From: a virus
Lineage: Duplodnaviria > Heunggongvirae > Uroviricota > Caudoviricetes
Direction: 5' to 3' (one strand)
Virus record (IMG/VR): IMGVR_UViG_3300032074_000001
Length of the DNA stretch: 64,000 nt
Position 1 is the first letter of the stretch; every line of letters starts with the position of its first letter. The notes beneath the pieces are model-generated. The model was not told the origin of the DNA and made no database searches. It saw only the letters and a program-made list of their open reading frames with translations. Shown piece after piece: positions 28,261-36,813 of the stretch. Made by a program: the position numbers and the translations under genes.

Positions 28261-29262
28261 GTGAAGATCCACAACGGTCAGATGAGTGCTGGTGACGCCA
28301 AGAAGATCGTGAGTCCTGGATACCGTCCGGGGAACACCCGATCCATCAAGGTGATGGCTCGCAACCTTGGCCACATGGAGTCCAGCCCCACCTCGGTGAT
28401 CCGGTACAAGGACGGACGAGCCATCCCGTTCGATGGCAACCACCGCGCTACCGCCCGCATCGTTCGCGGGGACAAGAACATCCCGGTCAAGGTGATCGAG
28501 GGTGGGGAGCGTCCGGCTGTCAGCGTGGCTCGCAATGCCTTCCACGTCGGCCAGCAGCGGGTTCACCGTGCCCGGATGGAGCGCGGTGACTTCACTCCGC
28601 AGGCGAACGCGAAGAAGACCGCCTACACCGGCAAGCACGCTGGCGAGGGCAAGGTCTACTCCTCCATCGCCAACGGCTCTCCCGCTCGCTCTGGTCGCAG
28701 GGTTGCACTGGAGTCCACTAGGTTTGCGGCAGGCCCAGGCAAGGTGGCGCTGCACACCAAGCAGGCTGCGACTGTCGGTGCCGGTCTGGCTCTACTTGGC
28801 GGTGCTCACCACCTCAGTCAGAATCGCAAGGTGGAGAAGCGCGACCGCAACCTGTCCCAGACTCAGATCGACCGGAAGAAGAAGGCCGGTGCCAATCTGA
28901 CCCGGACCACTTCCGCTCTGGGTCTCGGCTCGGTGGCGGCGTTGGGTGTGGCCAGTGCTGCACCCAAGCTGGCGCGGTCGGGCAAGCTGGCTCGGGTCAT
29001 TCCCAAGGCCACCGAGGCGAACGCCAATCTGATCCGTCAGCGGACCAAGAGCCACCTGATCACTGTGGGTGTGGTCAGCTCTGGAATCGGTGGCTACAAC
29101 GGGTTCAACAACGCTTCTTGGCAGAGTGCCGAGGCTAGGCAGCGCAAGATCAAGAGTCAGGTAGCCAAGAGCGCTTCAGGCTCTGTTGGGGAGGGCTTCT
29201 ACGGAGAGTCCTTCGACAGAACTGAAGTGAACGTGACTGACTTGCACTCACCTACAGACTAA
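28261..29262 (+). CDS. Basic protein with ParB-like nuclease N-domain motif (start uncertain)
   Basis: SVIRYKDGRAIPFDGNHRATARIV resembles ParB/Srx DGxHR motif; rest Ala/Gly/Lys/Arg-rich low complexity. Confidence 0.5.
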   Translation: MKIHNGQMSAGDAKKIVSPGYRPGNTRSIKVMARNLGHMESSPTSVIRYKDGRAIPFDGNHRATARIVRGDKNIPVKVIEGGERPAVSVARNAFHVGQQRVHRARMERGDFTPQANAKKTAYTGKHAGEGKVYSSIANGSPARSGRRVALESTRFAAGPGKVALHTKQAATVGAGLALLGGAHHLSQNRKVEKRDRNLSQTQIDRKKKAGANLTRTTSALGLGSVAALGVASAAPKLARSGKLARVIPKATEANANLIRQRTKSHLITVGVVSSGIGGYNGFNNASWQSAEARQRKIKSQVAKSASGSVGEGFYGESFDRTEVNVTDLHSPTD

Positions 29263-29273
29263 GAGTGAGGTTG

Positions 29274-30083
29274 ATGGACATGCCAAGACCGGTACGCAAG
29301 CTTTCCAACATGGAGATCGATGAGATCTCCCTGGTGGACAAGGGTGCAAACCAGCACGCAATGATCACCATCGCAAAGAGGGCTCCCGAGGAGGACCAGA
29401 TGCCCGAGCTTTACAACGAGGATGGCGAACTCCTCGATGAGAACGCCCTGACGAACGGCCAGATCGTCTTTGACGACAGTGGCAACGCCTACCAGTTCAC
29501 CCTGGACGACCAGGCCGAGGAGGTCGAGGAGGAGGAGCGCGAGCCGGTTGCCGTTGGCAAGTCGGCGTTCTTCACCCAGCAGACCGTCTCCAAGTCCGGC
29601 AAGTCGTTCTCCGAGCAGGTCATGGAGGAGCTGTCGAAGGCTTACTCCGACTCTGACCGGGACGCGGTGATCGCGAAGGCCCTGGGCCGGGTCGAGGAGC
29701 TGGAGCGTGGCTACACGGAGGCTGCGGAGATCGCGAAGTCGGAGCGCGACCTGCGCCTGACCCGTGAGTACATCTCCAAGGCTGCCGACTACAACGTCCC
29801 GGTGGACCCGACCGAGCTTGGTCCGGTTCTCTACCGGATGGCCGAGTCGATGAGCTACGAGGACTGCTCGGTGATCGCCAAGTGCCTGGAGGCTTCCGGC
29901 GCTGCGCTGTTCAACGAGGTCGGCTACATCGGTGGCGGCGACAACGACGACATCATGTCGCGGGTCGAGGCCCAGGCCGTGGAGATCGGCAAGTCCGCTT
30001 CGCCCGAGAACGTGGTCACCGTGTTCGACCAGAGCCCGGATGCATACAACGAGTACCTCGCGTCACAGCGGGGACGGTACTGA
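29274..30083 (+). CDS. Scaffolding protein
   Basis: Acidic, helical, immediately upstream of decoration-like and capsid genes; contains KSAFFTQQTVSKSGKSF. Confidence 0.6.
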   Translation: MDMPRPVRKLSNMEIDEISLVDKGANQHAMITIAKRAPEEDQMPELYNEDGELLDENALTNGQIVFDDSGNAYQFTLDDQAEEVEEEEREPVAVGKSAFFTQQTVSKSGKSFSEQVMEELSKAYSDSDRDAVIAKALGRVEELERGYTEAAEIAKSERDLRLTREYISKAADYNVPVDPTELGPVLYRMAESMSYEDCSVIAKCLEASGAALFNEVGYIGGGDNDDIMSRVEAQAVEIGKSASPENVVTVFDQSPDAYNEYLASQRGRY

Positions 30084-30103
30084 GAGAAAGGTAGGGAACT
30101 GCT

Positions 30104-30514
30104 GTGGCGTACGAAGAGTCTCTTCGGTCTATCACGCTCACGTCGGACGCAACTCTTGCGGTCCGCACGGGCGTGAGCAACGCTCCGGGCTCCCCCGTAG
30201 ACAACGCGGGTAACCAGTACCGCTTCGTCACGGTCAAGGGGGAGCACCTCGCAGGACGCGCTGACGACAACGATGTTGTCGTGGGTGTGCTCCAGAACAA
30301 GCCCCAGGTGCCCAACGAGGCCGCGACTGTGGGCATCCGTGGCGTCAGCAAGGTCCGGGTCTCCGGTGCCGTTGCTGCTGGCACTGGCGTTGTCAGCGGC
30401 GCTGACGGTCGAGGAGCTGCCGCTGGTGCGGGCAACGCTGGCCTCGGCATCGCGCTCACGTCTGCTACGGAGGCCGATGAACTCATCAGCGTCCTCCTTC
30501 GGCTCGGGTCTTGA
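30104..30514 (+). CDS. Small head protein (decoration/cement-like)
   Basis: 136 aa Gly/Ala/Val-rich between scaffold and major capsid. Confidence 0.5.
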   Translation: MAYEESLRSITLTSDATLAVRTGVSNAPGSPVDNAGNQYRFVTVKGEHLAGRADDNDVVVGVLQNKPQVPNEAATVGIRGVSKVRVSGAVAAGTGVVSGADGRGAAAGAGNAGLGIALTSATEADELISVLLRLGS

Positions 30515-30528
30515 TAGGAGGATGACCG

Positions 30529-31518
30529 ATGCCTAACCCCACTCAGTCCGATCTCCACATCAACGTCCCGCTGACGAATGTGTCGATTGGCTACATGATC
30601 GACCGCCGCGACTTCATCGCGGACAAGGTGTTCCCGCGTGTGCCGGTGAACAAGCAGTCCGACCTGTACTGGAAGTACCGCAAGTCGGATTGGCGGCGTA
30701 CCGACGCTCAGCGTCGTGCGCCCGGTACCGAGACGGTCGGCTCCGGTTGGAAGACCGACACCGGGCAGTACTACGCCCACGTCTACGGTGTTCACAAGGA
30801 CATCGATGACCAGGTGCGGGCCAACGCGGACTCCTTCTGGAGTCTCGACAAGGACGCGACGCTGTTCGTGACCAACCAGCTTCTGCTGCGTCGGGACCTG
30901 GACTGGAACAACGCCTACTTCCGTCCGGGCGTCTGGGGCACCGACCTCGCTGGTGGAGCTGACTTCACCCCGTGGTCGGACGCTGCTTCGGACCCCATCG
31001 TGCAGTTCGCGAACCTCCAGACCGAGTTCATCAAGCAGTCGGGTCGCAAGGCCAACACGCTGGTGCTCGGCGCGGACACCATCACCCAGCTGAAGAACCA
31101 CCCGGACATCATCGACCGGATCAAGTACACCCAGCGTGGCGTGGTGACCACCGACCTGCTCGCGAGCCTCTTCGACGTGGACAAGATCCTGGTGAGCTAC
31201 GCGACCCAGGAGACCACCGGCCAGGAGTTCGCGGACGGTCAGACCCAGGACGACAACGCCGAGTACGACTTCATGTCGAACTCGCGTGGTGCTCTGCTCT
31301 GCTACACCCCGAGCGCCCCGTCCCTGATGACCCCGGCTGCGGGCTACATCTTCACCTGGAACGGCTACCTGGCTGGCAACCAGTACGGCATCCGGATGAA
31401 GAACTTCCGCATGGAGCACATCGCTTCTGACCGGATCGAGGGCGAGATGACCTACGACATGAAGGTCATCGCCCCCGAGATGGGTGTCTACCTGGCCGAC
31501 GCTGTGGCTGCTGTCTGA
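30529..31518 (+). CDS. Major capsid protein
   Basis: AGGAGGATGACCG-ATG strong RBS; 329 aa; followed by hairpin terminator. Confidence 0.8.
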   Translation: MPNPTQSDLHINVPLTNVSIGYMIDRRDFIADKVFPRVPVNKQSDLYWKYRKSDWRRTDAQRRAPGTETVGSGWKTDTGQYYAHVYGVHKDIDDQVRANADSFWSLDKDATLFVTNQLLLRRDLDWNNAYFRPGVWGTDLAGGADFTPWSDAASDPIVQFANLQTEFIKQSGRKANTLVLGADTITQLKNHPDIIDRIKYTQRGVVTTDLLASLFDVDKILVSYATQETTGQEFADGQTQDDNAEYDFMSNSRGALLCYTPSAPSLMTPAAGYIFTWNGYLAGNQYGIRMKNFRMEHIASDRIEGEMTYDMKVIAPEMGVYLADAVAAV

Positions 31519-31531
31519 GCCTGATCAACCT

Positions 31532-31565
31532 GAGAGGGGCTGGGGTGTTAGCCCTGGCCCCTCTC
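31532..31565 (+). terminator. Hairpin terminator after major capsid gene
   Basis: GAGAGGGGC-loop-GCCCCTCTC then TTCATCT. Confidence 0.55.
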
Positions 31566-31583
31566 TTCATCTGAGGAGATGAC

Positions 31584-31841
31584 ATGGAGTCGGCGTTCGG
31601 TGTTGAGCATGGCGAGATCAGCAAGGGCCTGTTTGGCTCCGGTGAGAACGTCGGACGGCATGTTGCCGGTGCTCGCAAGCTGGGGTTCTCGCTGAAGAGC
31701 GTGAGCCTGAAGAGCACTGGTGGGGCACGCAAGGGCGGTGCTCACCGTGCTGGTACTCGTGCGGCTGGCCGTACCTCGTTCAGCCCATTCCAGACTGGTG
31801 GCGTTCGTGCCTACCAGGGTCGTCACTTGGCGGGGAGCTGA
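31584..31841 (+). CDS. SAFGV-motif basic protein (family member 3)
   Basis: GAGGAG RBS, MESAFGVEHGEISKGLFGSG...; Gly/Arg/Ala-rich. Confidence 0.6.
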   Translation: MESAFGVEHGEISKGLFGSGENVGRHVAGARKLGFSLKSVSLKSTGGARKGGAHRAGTRAAGRTSFSPFQTGGVRAYQGRHLAGS

Positions 31842-31842
31842 C

Positions 31843-32034
31843 ATGGAGTCCGCGTTCGGTGTTGACCACGGCGAGGTCAGCAAGCGCATCCTGGCTGGCT
31901 TCAAGATGGGCGAGAAGGCTGGCTTTGTTGGACGCAAGGCTTCGAAGCTCACTGGCAAGCTGCGTGAGAGCAAGGCAAATGCCGCACAGACCAACTTCAA
32001 TCGGGCTGCACGGCGAAACACTGTAGGCCGATGA
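31843..32034 (+). CDS. SAFGV-motif basic protein (family member 4)
   Basis: GGGGAG RBS, MESAFGVDHGEVSKRILAGFKMGEKAGF... Confidence 0.6.
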   Translation: MESAFGVDHGEVSKRILAGFKMGEKAGFVGRKASKLTGKLRESKANAAQTNFNRAARRNTVGR

Positions 32035-32043
32035 GGAGTGAAC

Positions 32044-32553
32044 ATGCCTAGCGCACTGATCAAGAACGACAACGTGAGCTTCATCTGTGCCCGGAACTTC
32101 ACCTGGAACGGGCAGGACTACAAGATGGGCGACGACTTCAACCAGGACGTTGCTCTGGGTCGGATCGAGCTGCTCGTTCGTACCCGGCGAGTGATCCCGG
32201 TCGTGGACTCCACCGACGTGAAGCCGCGCCTCTTCCACCGCGAGGTCCGTCTTCGCGAGCATGTGGAGCAGAAGCTGGGTGTTCCCCGCAGCATCCGCAC
32301 TCCGCTGGACCAGACCGAGGCGGACAACGAGACCTCTGAGGTCGAGGACACCCCAGGCTCCGAGGAGCTTGGCTTCGACCCGGCAAAGCACAGCACTGAA
32401 GAGGTGCTGGCGTTCGTGGAGGAGAACCCCGACGAGGTGCTCTCCGTCTACGAGCTGGAGGAGCAGGGGAAGAATCGCAAGGGGCTGAAGTCCAAGCTGG
32501 ACGACATCCTCAACAAGCAGACCGAGACTGAAGAGGAGCACGACAATGACTGA
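32044..32553 (+). CDS. Hypothetical protein with acidic C-terminus
   Basis: GAGGAG RBS then ATG 32044 (MPSALIKNDNVSF...). Confidence 0.5.
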   Translation: MPSALIKNDNVSFICARNFTWNGQDYKMGDDFNQDVALGRIELLVRTRRVIPVVDSTDVKPRLFHREVRLREHVEQKLGVPRSIRTPLDQTEADNETSEVEDTPGSEELGFDPAKHSTEEVLAFVEENPDEVLSVYELEEQGKNRKGLKSKLDDILNKQTETEEEHDND

Positions 32554-32860
32554 GCACCAGCACGACGAGCACACCATCGCTCTGGAGTCCGAGGCCGAGC
32601 GCGAGAACACCGGCACCGACCGGGAGCTTCGTGACGAGAACACCGCCACCGACCCGTTGGAGGGCAACCAGCTGGCCGACGAGGACCAGGTGTTCGTGGA
32701 CGGCCCCAGCAAGCTCGCTCACGAGGACACGGTTCCGGAGACGGTCCGTCAGTCCGAGGAGAACGAGACCCGCGACGGCTCCGACATCGAGGGCGGCAAG
32801 ACCGCTCGCGAGCTGCACGACGAGCGCGTGGACGAGGCCAAGAAGGCGAACGAGGGCTGA
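32546..32860 (+). CDS. Acidic hypothetical protein
   Basis: 104 aa Glu/Asp-rich. Confidence 0.5.
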   Translation: MTEHQHDEHTIALESEAERENTGTDRELRDENTATDPLEGNQLADEDQVFVDGPSKLAHEDTVPETVRQSEENETRDGSDIEGGKTARELHDERVDEAKKANEG

Positions 32861-32861
32861 C

Positions 32862-33233
32862 ATGCCCAGTGCGTTCGGAGTCGAGCATGGAGACGAGTTC
32901 TCCAAGTTCGCTATGCCCAAGATCGGTGGTGGCACCTTCAAGCCAGTCACCGGCCTGGGGGCCAAGATGGGCTCCGGGGCCTCTTCGCTCGGACGCAAGG
33001 CTTCGGCCTCTGGCGCTCAGCGGATGAAGGGTGTCGCCGGGGCCGGGTCGCATCGCGCTGCCGGTGGGTTCAGTGCTGGTCTGGGTCGGACCCAGGTCGG
33101 CGCTGGCAGTGGTCTCCGACGCGCTGGCGCTGCGATGTCTGCTCACCCTGGCGCTACGGGTGGTGCCGTCCTTGGCGCTGGTGCCGTTGGTGGCACCAGC
33201 TTCATGGCCGGTCGCAACAACCGTCGCTACTGA
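32862..33233 (+). CDS. SAFGV-motif basic protein (family member 5)
   Basis: MPSAFGVEHGDEFSKFAMPKIGGGTF...; Gly/Ala-rich. Confidence 0.6.
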   Translation: MPSAFGVEHGDEFSKFAMPKIGGGTFKPVTGLGAKMGSGASSLGRKASASGAQRMKGVAGAGSHRAAGGFSAGLGRTQVGAGSGLRRAGAAMSAHPGATGGAVLGAGAVGGTSFMAGRNNRRY

Positions 33234-33246
33234 GACAGGAGGAACC

Positions 33247-33720
33247 GTGACCGCGACCTACGTTGACCCATCCGAGTCCGACAAGGATGCGGTGCGGTTC
33301 CTCCTGGGCGACACCAACCCTGATCGTGCGCTGGTCTCCGATGGCGAGATCGAGTTCATGCTCACCAGATGGATGCCCGTCTACAACACCATCGAGGGTG
33401 TGGCCTCCACCGTGGCTGACACCATCGCCGCTCGGTTCGCCCGTGAGGCGAACTTCTCCGCTGACGGGGTGTCGGTCGGTCTGGCCAGCCTCGCCCAGCA
33501 GTTCCGGGATCTTGCTGCGAACCTGCGAACGCAGCACAAGAACCTGCTCGTCGGGGGACTTCCTGATGTGGGCGGCATCACCCCCGGCGAGCAGACTTCC
33601 CCTGACATCGCACCCTTCGACTTCGGCACCGGGATGCACGACAACCTGGAGGCGGGTCGCCAGGAGTACGGCAACCGTCCCTACCCGGAGTACATCGCTG
33701 AGTACCAGCCGGGAGCGTAG
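33247..33720 (+). CDS. Head-tail connector/adaptor-like protein
   Basis: GGAGGA RBS then GTG 33247; position after capsid module. Confidence 0.5.
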   Translation: MTATYVDPSESDKDAVRFLLGDTNPDRALVSDGEIEFMLTRWMPVYNTIEGVASTVADTIAARFAREANFSADGVSVGLASLAQQFRDLAANLRTQHKNLLVGGLPDVGGITPGEQTSPDIAPFDFGTGMHDNLEAGRQEYGNRPYPEYIAEYQPGA

Positions 33721-33722
33721 TC

Positions 33723-34145
33723 ATGGCCTATGACGCCCTGGGGATCTCCCAGAACGCTCTGAACTACGTCCGGGATCGCGCTGAGTCGATCATGGGCTAC
33801 ACCTGCCGCATCGAGCGGGTGACCAAGCCTGGCTTCGACAACACCACTCACCAGGTGATCCCCGGCAAGCGCACCGCGCTGTACGAGGGCAAGTGCCGGG
33901 TCTGGGAGATCAGCTCCGGTGCTCCCATCATGGTGGCCGAGGATCAGGTCACCATGCAGACCACTCAGATCTCGTTGCCCTGGGACATCTCTCCGGTACC
34001 CGAGCGCGATGACGAGGTGGTGATCATCGGCGCTGATGACGATGACTACATGATCGGGAAGCGGTTCGTCATCGACTCATCAGCCAAGGCTGGCGAGATG
34101 CGAGCCACCCGCAGGTTCCAAGTGAGGGGATACCAGAAGCCATGA
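33723..34145 (+). CDS. Head-tail joining (head closure-like) protein
   Basis: 140 aa; neck-module position. Confidence 0.5.
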   Translation: MAYDALGISQNALNYVRDRAESIMGYTCRIERVTKPGFDNTTHQVIPGKRTALYEGKCRVWEISSGAPIMVAEDQVTMQTTQISLPWDISPVPERDDEVVIIGADDDDYMIGKRFVIDSSAKAGEMRATRRFQVRGYQKP

Positions 34146-34378
34146 GCATGTCTGCGTTCGGTGTGGACCACGGTGAGATCAGCAAGGGCGTGACCCGCCA
34201 GATGTTCTCGGGCAACAACCTGGCCAACAAGGGCACCCTTATCAAGTTGAAGAACGGTGGCCCCTGGGCGACCAAGAAGGGCACCAAGGTCCCCGACTAC
34301 CAGGCTCGACGGGGTGTGCCGACCCAGGGCTACGTGAAGCACATCCTCGACAACCACAAGGCGTCCACGGTCCTATGA
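34142..34378 (+). CDS. SAFGV-motif basic protein (family member 6)
   Basis: ATGA overlap; MSMSAFGVDHGEISKGVTRQMF... Confidence 0.6.
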   Translation: MSMSAFGVDHGEISKGVTRQMFSGNNLANKGTLIKLKNGGPWATKKGTKVPDYQARRGVPTQGYVKHILDNHKASTVL

Positions 34379-34821
34379 CCTCGGTAGCCAGCGCTGACAT
34401 CTCTAGGCTCGCGGAAGCTCTCCGCGAGTCTGGTCGTGATGCCGACGCGACTACCCAGTCCGTACTGGTCACCTCGGCCAACTACCTGAAGGCCGAGATG
34501 GAGGCGCGGGTCCCGGTACGCACCGGACGGCTGCGCCAGTCCATCCAGGTGCGGTTGTCTGGCCAGGAGATCACCGTTGGTCCGGATACGCCGTACGCCG
34601 GGTACGTGGAGTTCGGGACCAAGCCGCACGTCATCGAGGCCAAGAACGGCAAGTCCTTGGCGTTCACCATGGGCGGGCGCACGGTACTGGTGAAGAAGGT
34701 CAACCACCCTGGTACTCGTGCTCAGCCCTACGTGCGTCCGGCCTTTGAGGCGTGGGTGGACACGCTTGGTGGACTGGTAGCAGAGGCACACATCCAACGA
34801 CTCTCACAGGCGGCGTCATGA
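34375..34821 (+). CDS. HK97 gp10-like neck/tail-completion protein
   Basis: PYAGYVEFGTKPHVIEAKNGKSLAF matches the gp10-family YxxYVEFGT signature. Confidence 0.65.
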   Translation: MTSVASADISRLAEALRESGRDADATTQSVLVTSANYLKAEMEARVPVRTGRLRQSIQVRLSGQEITVGPDTPYAGYVEFGTKPHVIEAKNGKSLAFTMGGRTVLVKKVNHPGTRAQPYVRPAFEAWVDTLGGLVAEAHIQRLSQAAS

Positions 34822-35288
34822 GGACAGTAGCGACGATCAGCAGGGGTCCGGTCACGGACCGTCTGCTTGTCGAGCTGCGCGAACTCGGTCTGCCGGTGGG
34901 CGACAACAGCACCCCTGACGACCCCTACGGTTGGCAGGGCGAGCCGGACAACGAGATGAGCAACTTCATCCCGTGGCTCACCCTCTCGGCCAGCACAGCC
35001 CAGCCTGGCACTGGTCCGGTCGGCATGAGCAGCGCCGACTGGCGGATGCCGTACACAGTCCAGTTCGCTGCCATCAACCGCAACCAGCTGGACTGGATGG
35101 CGGACACCACACGCAGCAAGCTGGCCAACCTAGAACGTGAGTCGGTGGCCACCGACTCAGGCAACTGGAAGTTTCAGCAAGTGCGCTGTACTTCAGTTGG
35201 CGGCAGTAACCGGATCGCTTCGACGTTCCCGGATTACTTCACCCAAGCAGATCTGTTTGAGGTCTGGTTAACGAAGGAGAGGTCATGA
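34818..35288 (+). CDS. Neck/tail terminator-like structural protein
   Basis: ATG 34818 overlapping upstream stop; position between gp10-like and major tail genes. Confidence 0.5.
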   Translation: MRTVATISRGPVTDRLLVELRELGLPVGDNSTPDDPYGWQGEPDNEMSNFIPWLTLSASTAQPGTGPVGMSSADWRMPYTVQFAAINRNQLDWMADTTRSKLANLERESVATDSGNWKFQQVRCTSVGGSNRIASTFPDYFTQADLFEVWLTKERS

Positions 35289-35500
35289 CCAACAGCAAGA
35301 AGAAGACTGTCGTCATCGAGAAGGACGGCGTGCAGGCCGAGGCCACCCAGGAGAGCTTCAAGGGCCTGGTCAAGCGCGGCTGGACTGTCGTAGATGATGG
35401 AGACAAGGACGCCCAGAAGGCTGCCGAGGCTGAGGCCAAGGAAGTCGAGAAGCTGACCGCGCAGGAGCAGAAGCTCTTCGCCGCTGACACCGAGGAGTAA
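35285..35500 (+). CDS. Small charged protein (71 aa)
   Basis: ATGA overlap; Lys/Glu-rich. Confidence 0.45.
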   Translation: MTNSKKKTVVIEKDGVQAEATQESFKGLVKRGWTVVDDGDKDAQKAAEAEAKEVEKLTAQEQKLFAADTEE

Positions 35501-35505
35501 TCACC

Positions 35506-35988
35506 ATGGCACGGCTCATCCCCAACGAGAACACTTGGGTCGGCTTCGCCCCTGCGGCGTCGATCACCAACGTCAACTCTCCTACCGCTGCGCAGGTTGC
35601 TGCGGCCACGGACCTCACTGGCTGGCTGATCTCGCTGAACGCCTCCAGCCGTGGCAACACGGTGCCGACCCCCAGCTTCGACACGCTTTTCGAGACCAGC
35701 ACCGCTGGCACCTCGGCGGCGACGTTCGACGCTGACTTCTACCGTGACGACGACGACGACGCTGCCTGGGAGCTGCTCCCGCGTGGTACTCGTGGCTACT
35801 TCCTCATCAGCCGCTTCGGTGGTTCGGGAGCCAACAACCTCCCGATCTCTGCCGATGAACTTGAGGTCTGGCCGGTCATGGTCACCTCGCGCTCGATGGC
35901 GAACATGAGCAACAACACGGTGCTCACCTTCACCGCGTCCTGCGCCGTCACCGAGGAGCCGAACGAGCAGGCTGTCGTCGCAGCGTGA
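35506..35988 (+). CDS. Major tail protein (putative)
   Basis: 160 aa immediately upstream of chaperone pair and tape measure. Confidence 0.5.
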   Translation: MARLIPNENTWVGFAPAASITNVNSPTAAQVAAATDLTGWLISLNASSRGNTVPTPSFDTLFETSTAGTSAATFDADFYRDDDDDAAWELLPRGTRGYFLISRFGGSGANNLPISADELEVWPVMVTSRSMANMSNNTVLTFTASCAVTEEPNEQAVVAA

Positions 35989-36044
35989 TCCTGTAGTACA
36001 ACTGAACAGAAGCCACTTTCCTACCGCCCAAGGAAGGCACATCA

Positions 36045-36455
36045 ATGACGACCGCTCCGAAGAAGTCCACCGGCAGGCCCAAGGCCACGCTGGATCACCT
36101 GAAGAAGAAGCAGCGCGCTCGGGAGACCTTCTCGATCTTCCTGGCCGATGACTCTGGTGAGTCCACCGAGCTGGAACTGACCTACCAGGCCATCGGTGCT
36201 CAGGAGTACGACAAGCTCGTCTCCAAGCACCCACCGACCTCCGACCAGCGTGTGGAGGGCGCGTCCTTCAACATCGACACCTTCGGTCCCGCACTGATCG
36301 CGAAGAGCTGTGTGGAGCCCGAGATGTCCGAGGAGGACGCGAAGGAGATCTGGACTTCTCCGGAGTGGTCGCGTGGTGACCTGATGGTTCTGTTCCGTAA
36401 GGCTGTGGAGCTGAACAACCGGGGTGTTGACATCCCTTTCAGCGTCAGCGGCTAA
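36045..36455 (+). CDS. Tail assembly chaperone (G-like)
   Basis: 136 aa acidic protein before tape measure; slippery heptamer near 3' end. Confidence 0.65.
   Translation: MTTAPKKSTGRPKATLDHLKKKQRARETFSIFLADDSGESTELELTYQAIGAQEYDKLVSKHPPTSDQRVEGASFNIDTFGPALIAKSCVEPEMSEEDAKEIWTSPEWSRGDLMVLFRKAVELNNRGVDIPFSVSG
36434..36440 (+). other. Putative -1 programmed ribosomal frameshift site (CCCTTTC)
   Basis: X XXY YYZ heptamer in G frame; -1 frame stays open into 36476..36811. Confidence 0.5.
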
Positions 36456-36475
36456 GGAACGATCCCAACTTCTAC

Positions 36476-36811
36476 ATGGAGATGGCCTTCTGCAACGAGA
36501 AGGGCATCCCGCACAGCGTGTACCTGGAGTGGGCTCCAGAGGACCGGGCCAAGGCAATGGCCTTCCAGATGGAGTCCGCTCTCAGGTGCTCAATGTGTGG
36601 CACTGCTCCGTGGGAGTGGGAGGACAACAGGTTCGCTTACGCCGCTGTCGAAGAGTTCTGCCAGGGTTGCTACCAGAAGTCAGTGTTCGGTGACACTGAG
36701 TCCAACAAGTCCCTGCCCGGTACGAACGTCAAACTGGTGCCTACCACGCCTATGATGAAGGCAAAGATGCAGGTCCAGGCGAAGAAGCGAGCCCGCCTCC
36801 GAACGGAGTAA
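36476..36811 (+). CDS. Tail assembly chaperone T-extension (expressed as G-T fusion by -1 frameshift)
   Basis: ORF in -1 frame relative to G, open from the slippery site, ends 3 nt before tape measure start. Confidence 0.5.
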   Translation: MEMAFCNEKGIPHSVYLEWAPEDRAKAMAFQMESALRCSMCGTAPWEWEDNRFAYAAVEEFCQGCYQKSVFGDTESNKSLPGTNVKLVPTTPMMKAKMQVQAKKRARLRTE

Positions 36812-36813
36812 CC

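Noticed and set aside
30016-31419. 467-aa - strand ORF
   Set aside because: Antisense to major capsid and decoration genes
33031-33246. 5' extension of ORF 33031..33720
   Set aside because: Extension overlaps the Gly/Ala-rich tail of the upstream SAFGV gene in another frame; a GGAGGA RBS precedes GTG 33247
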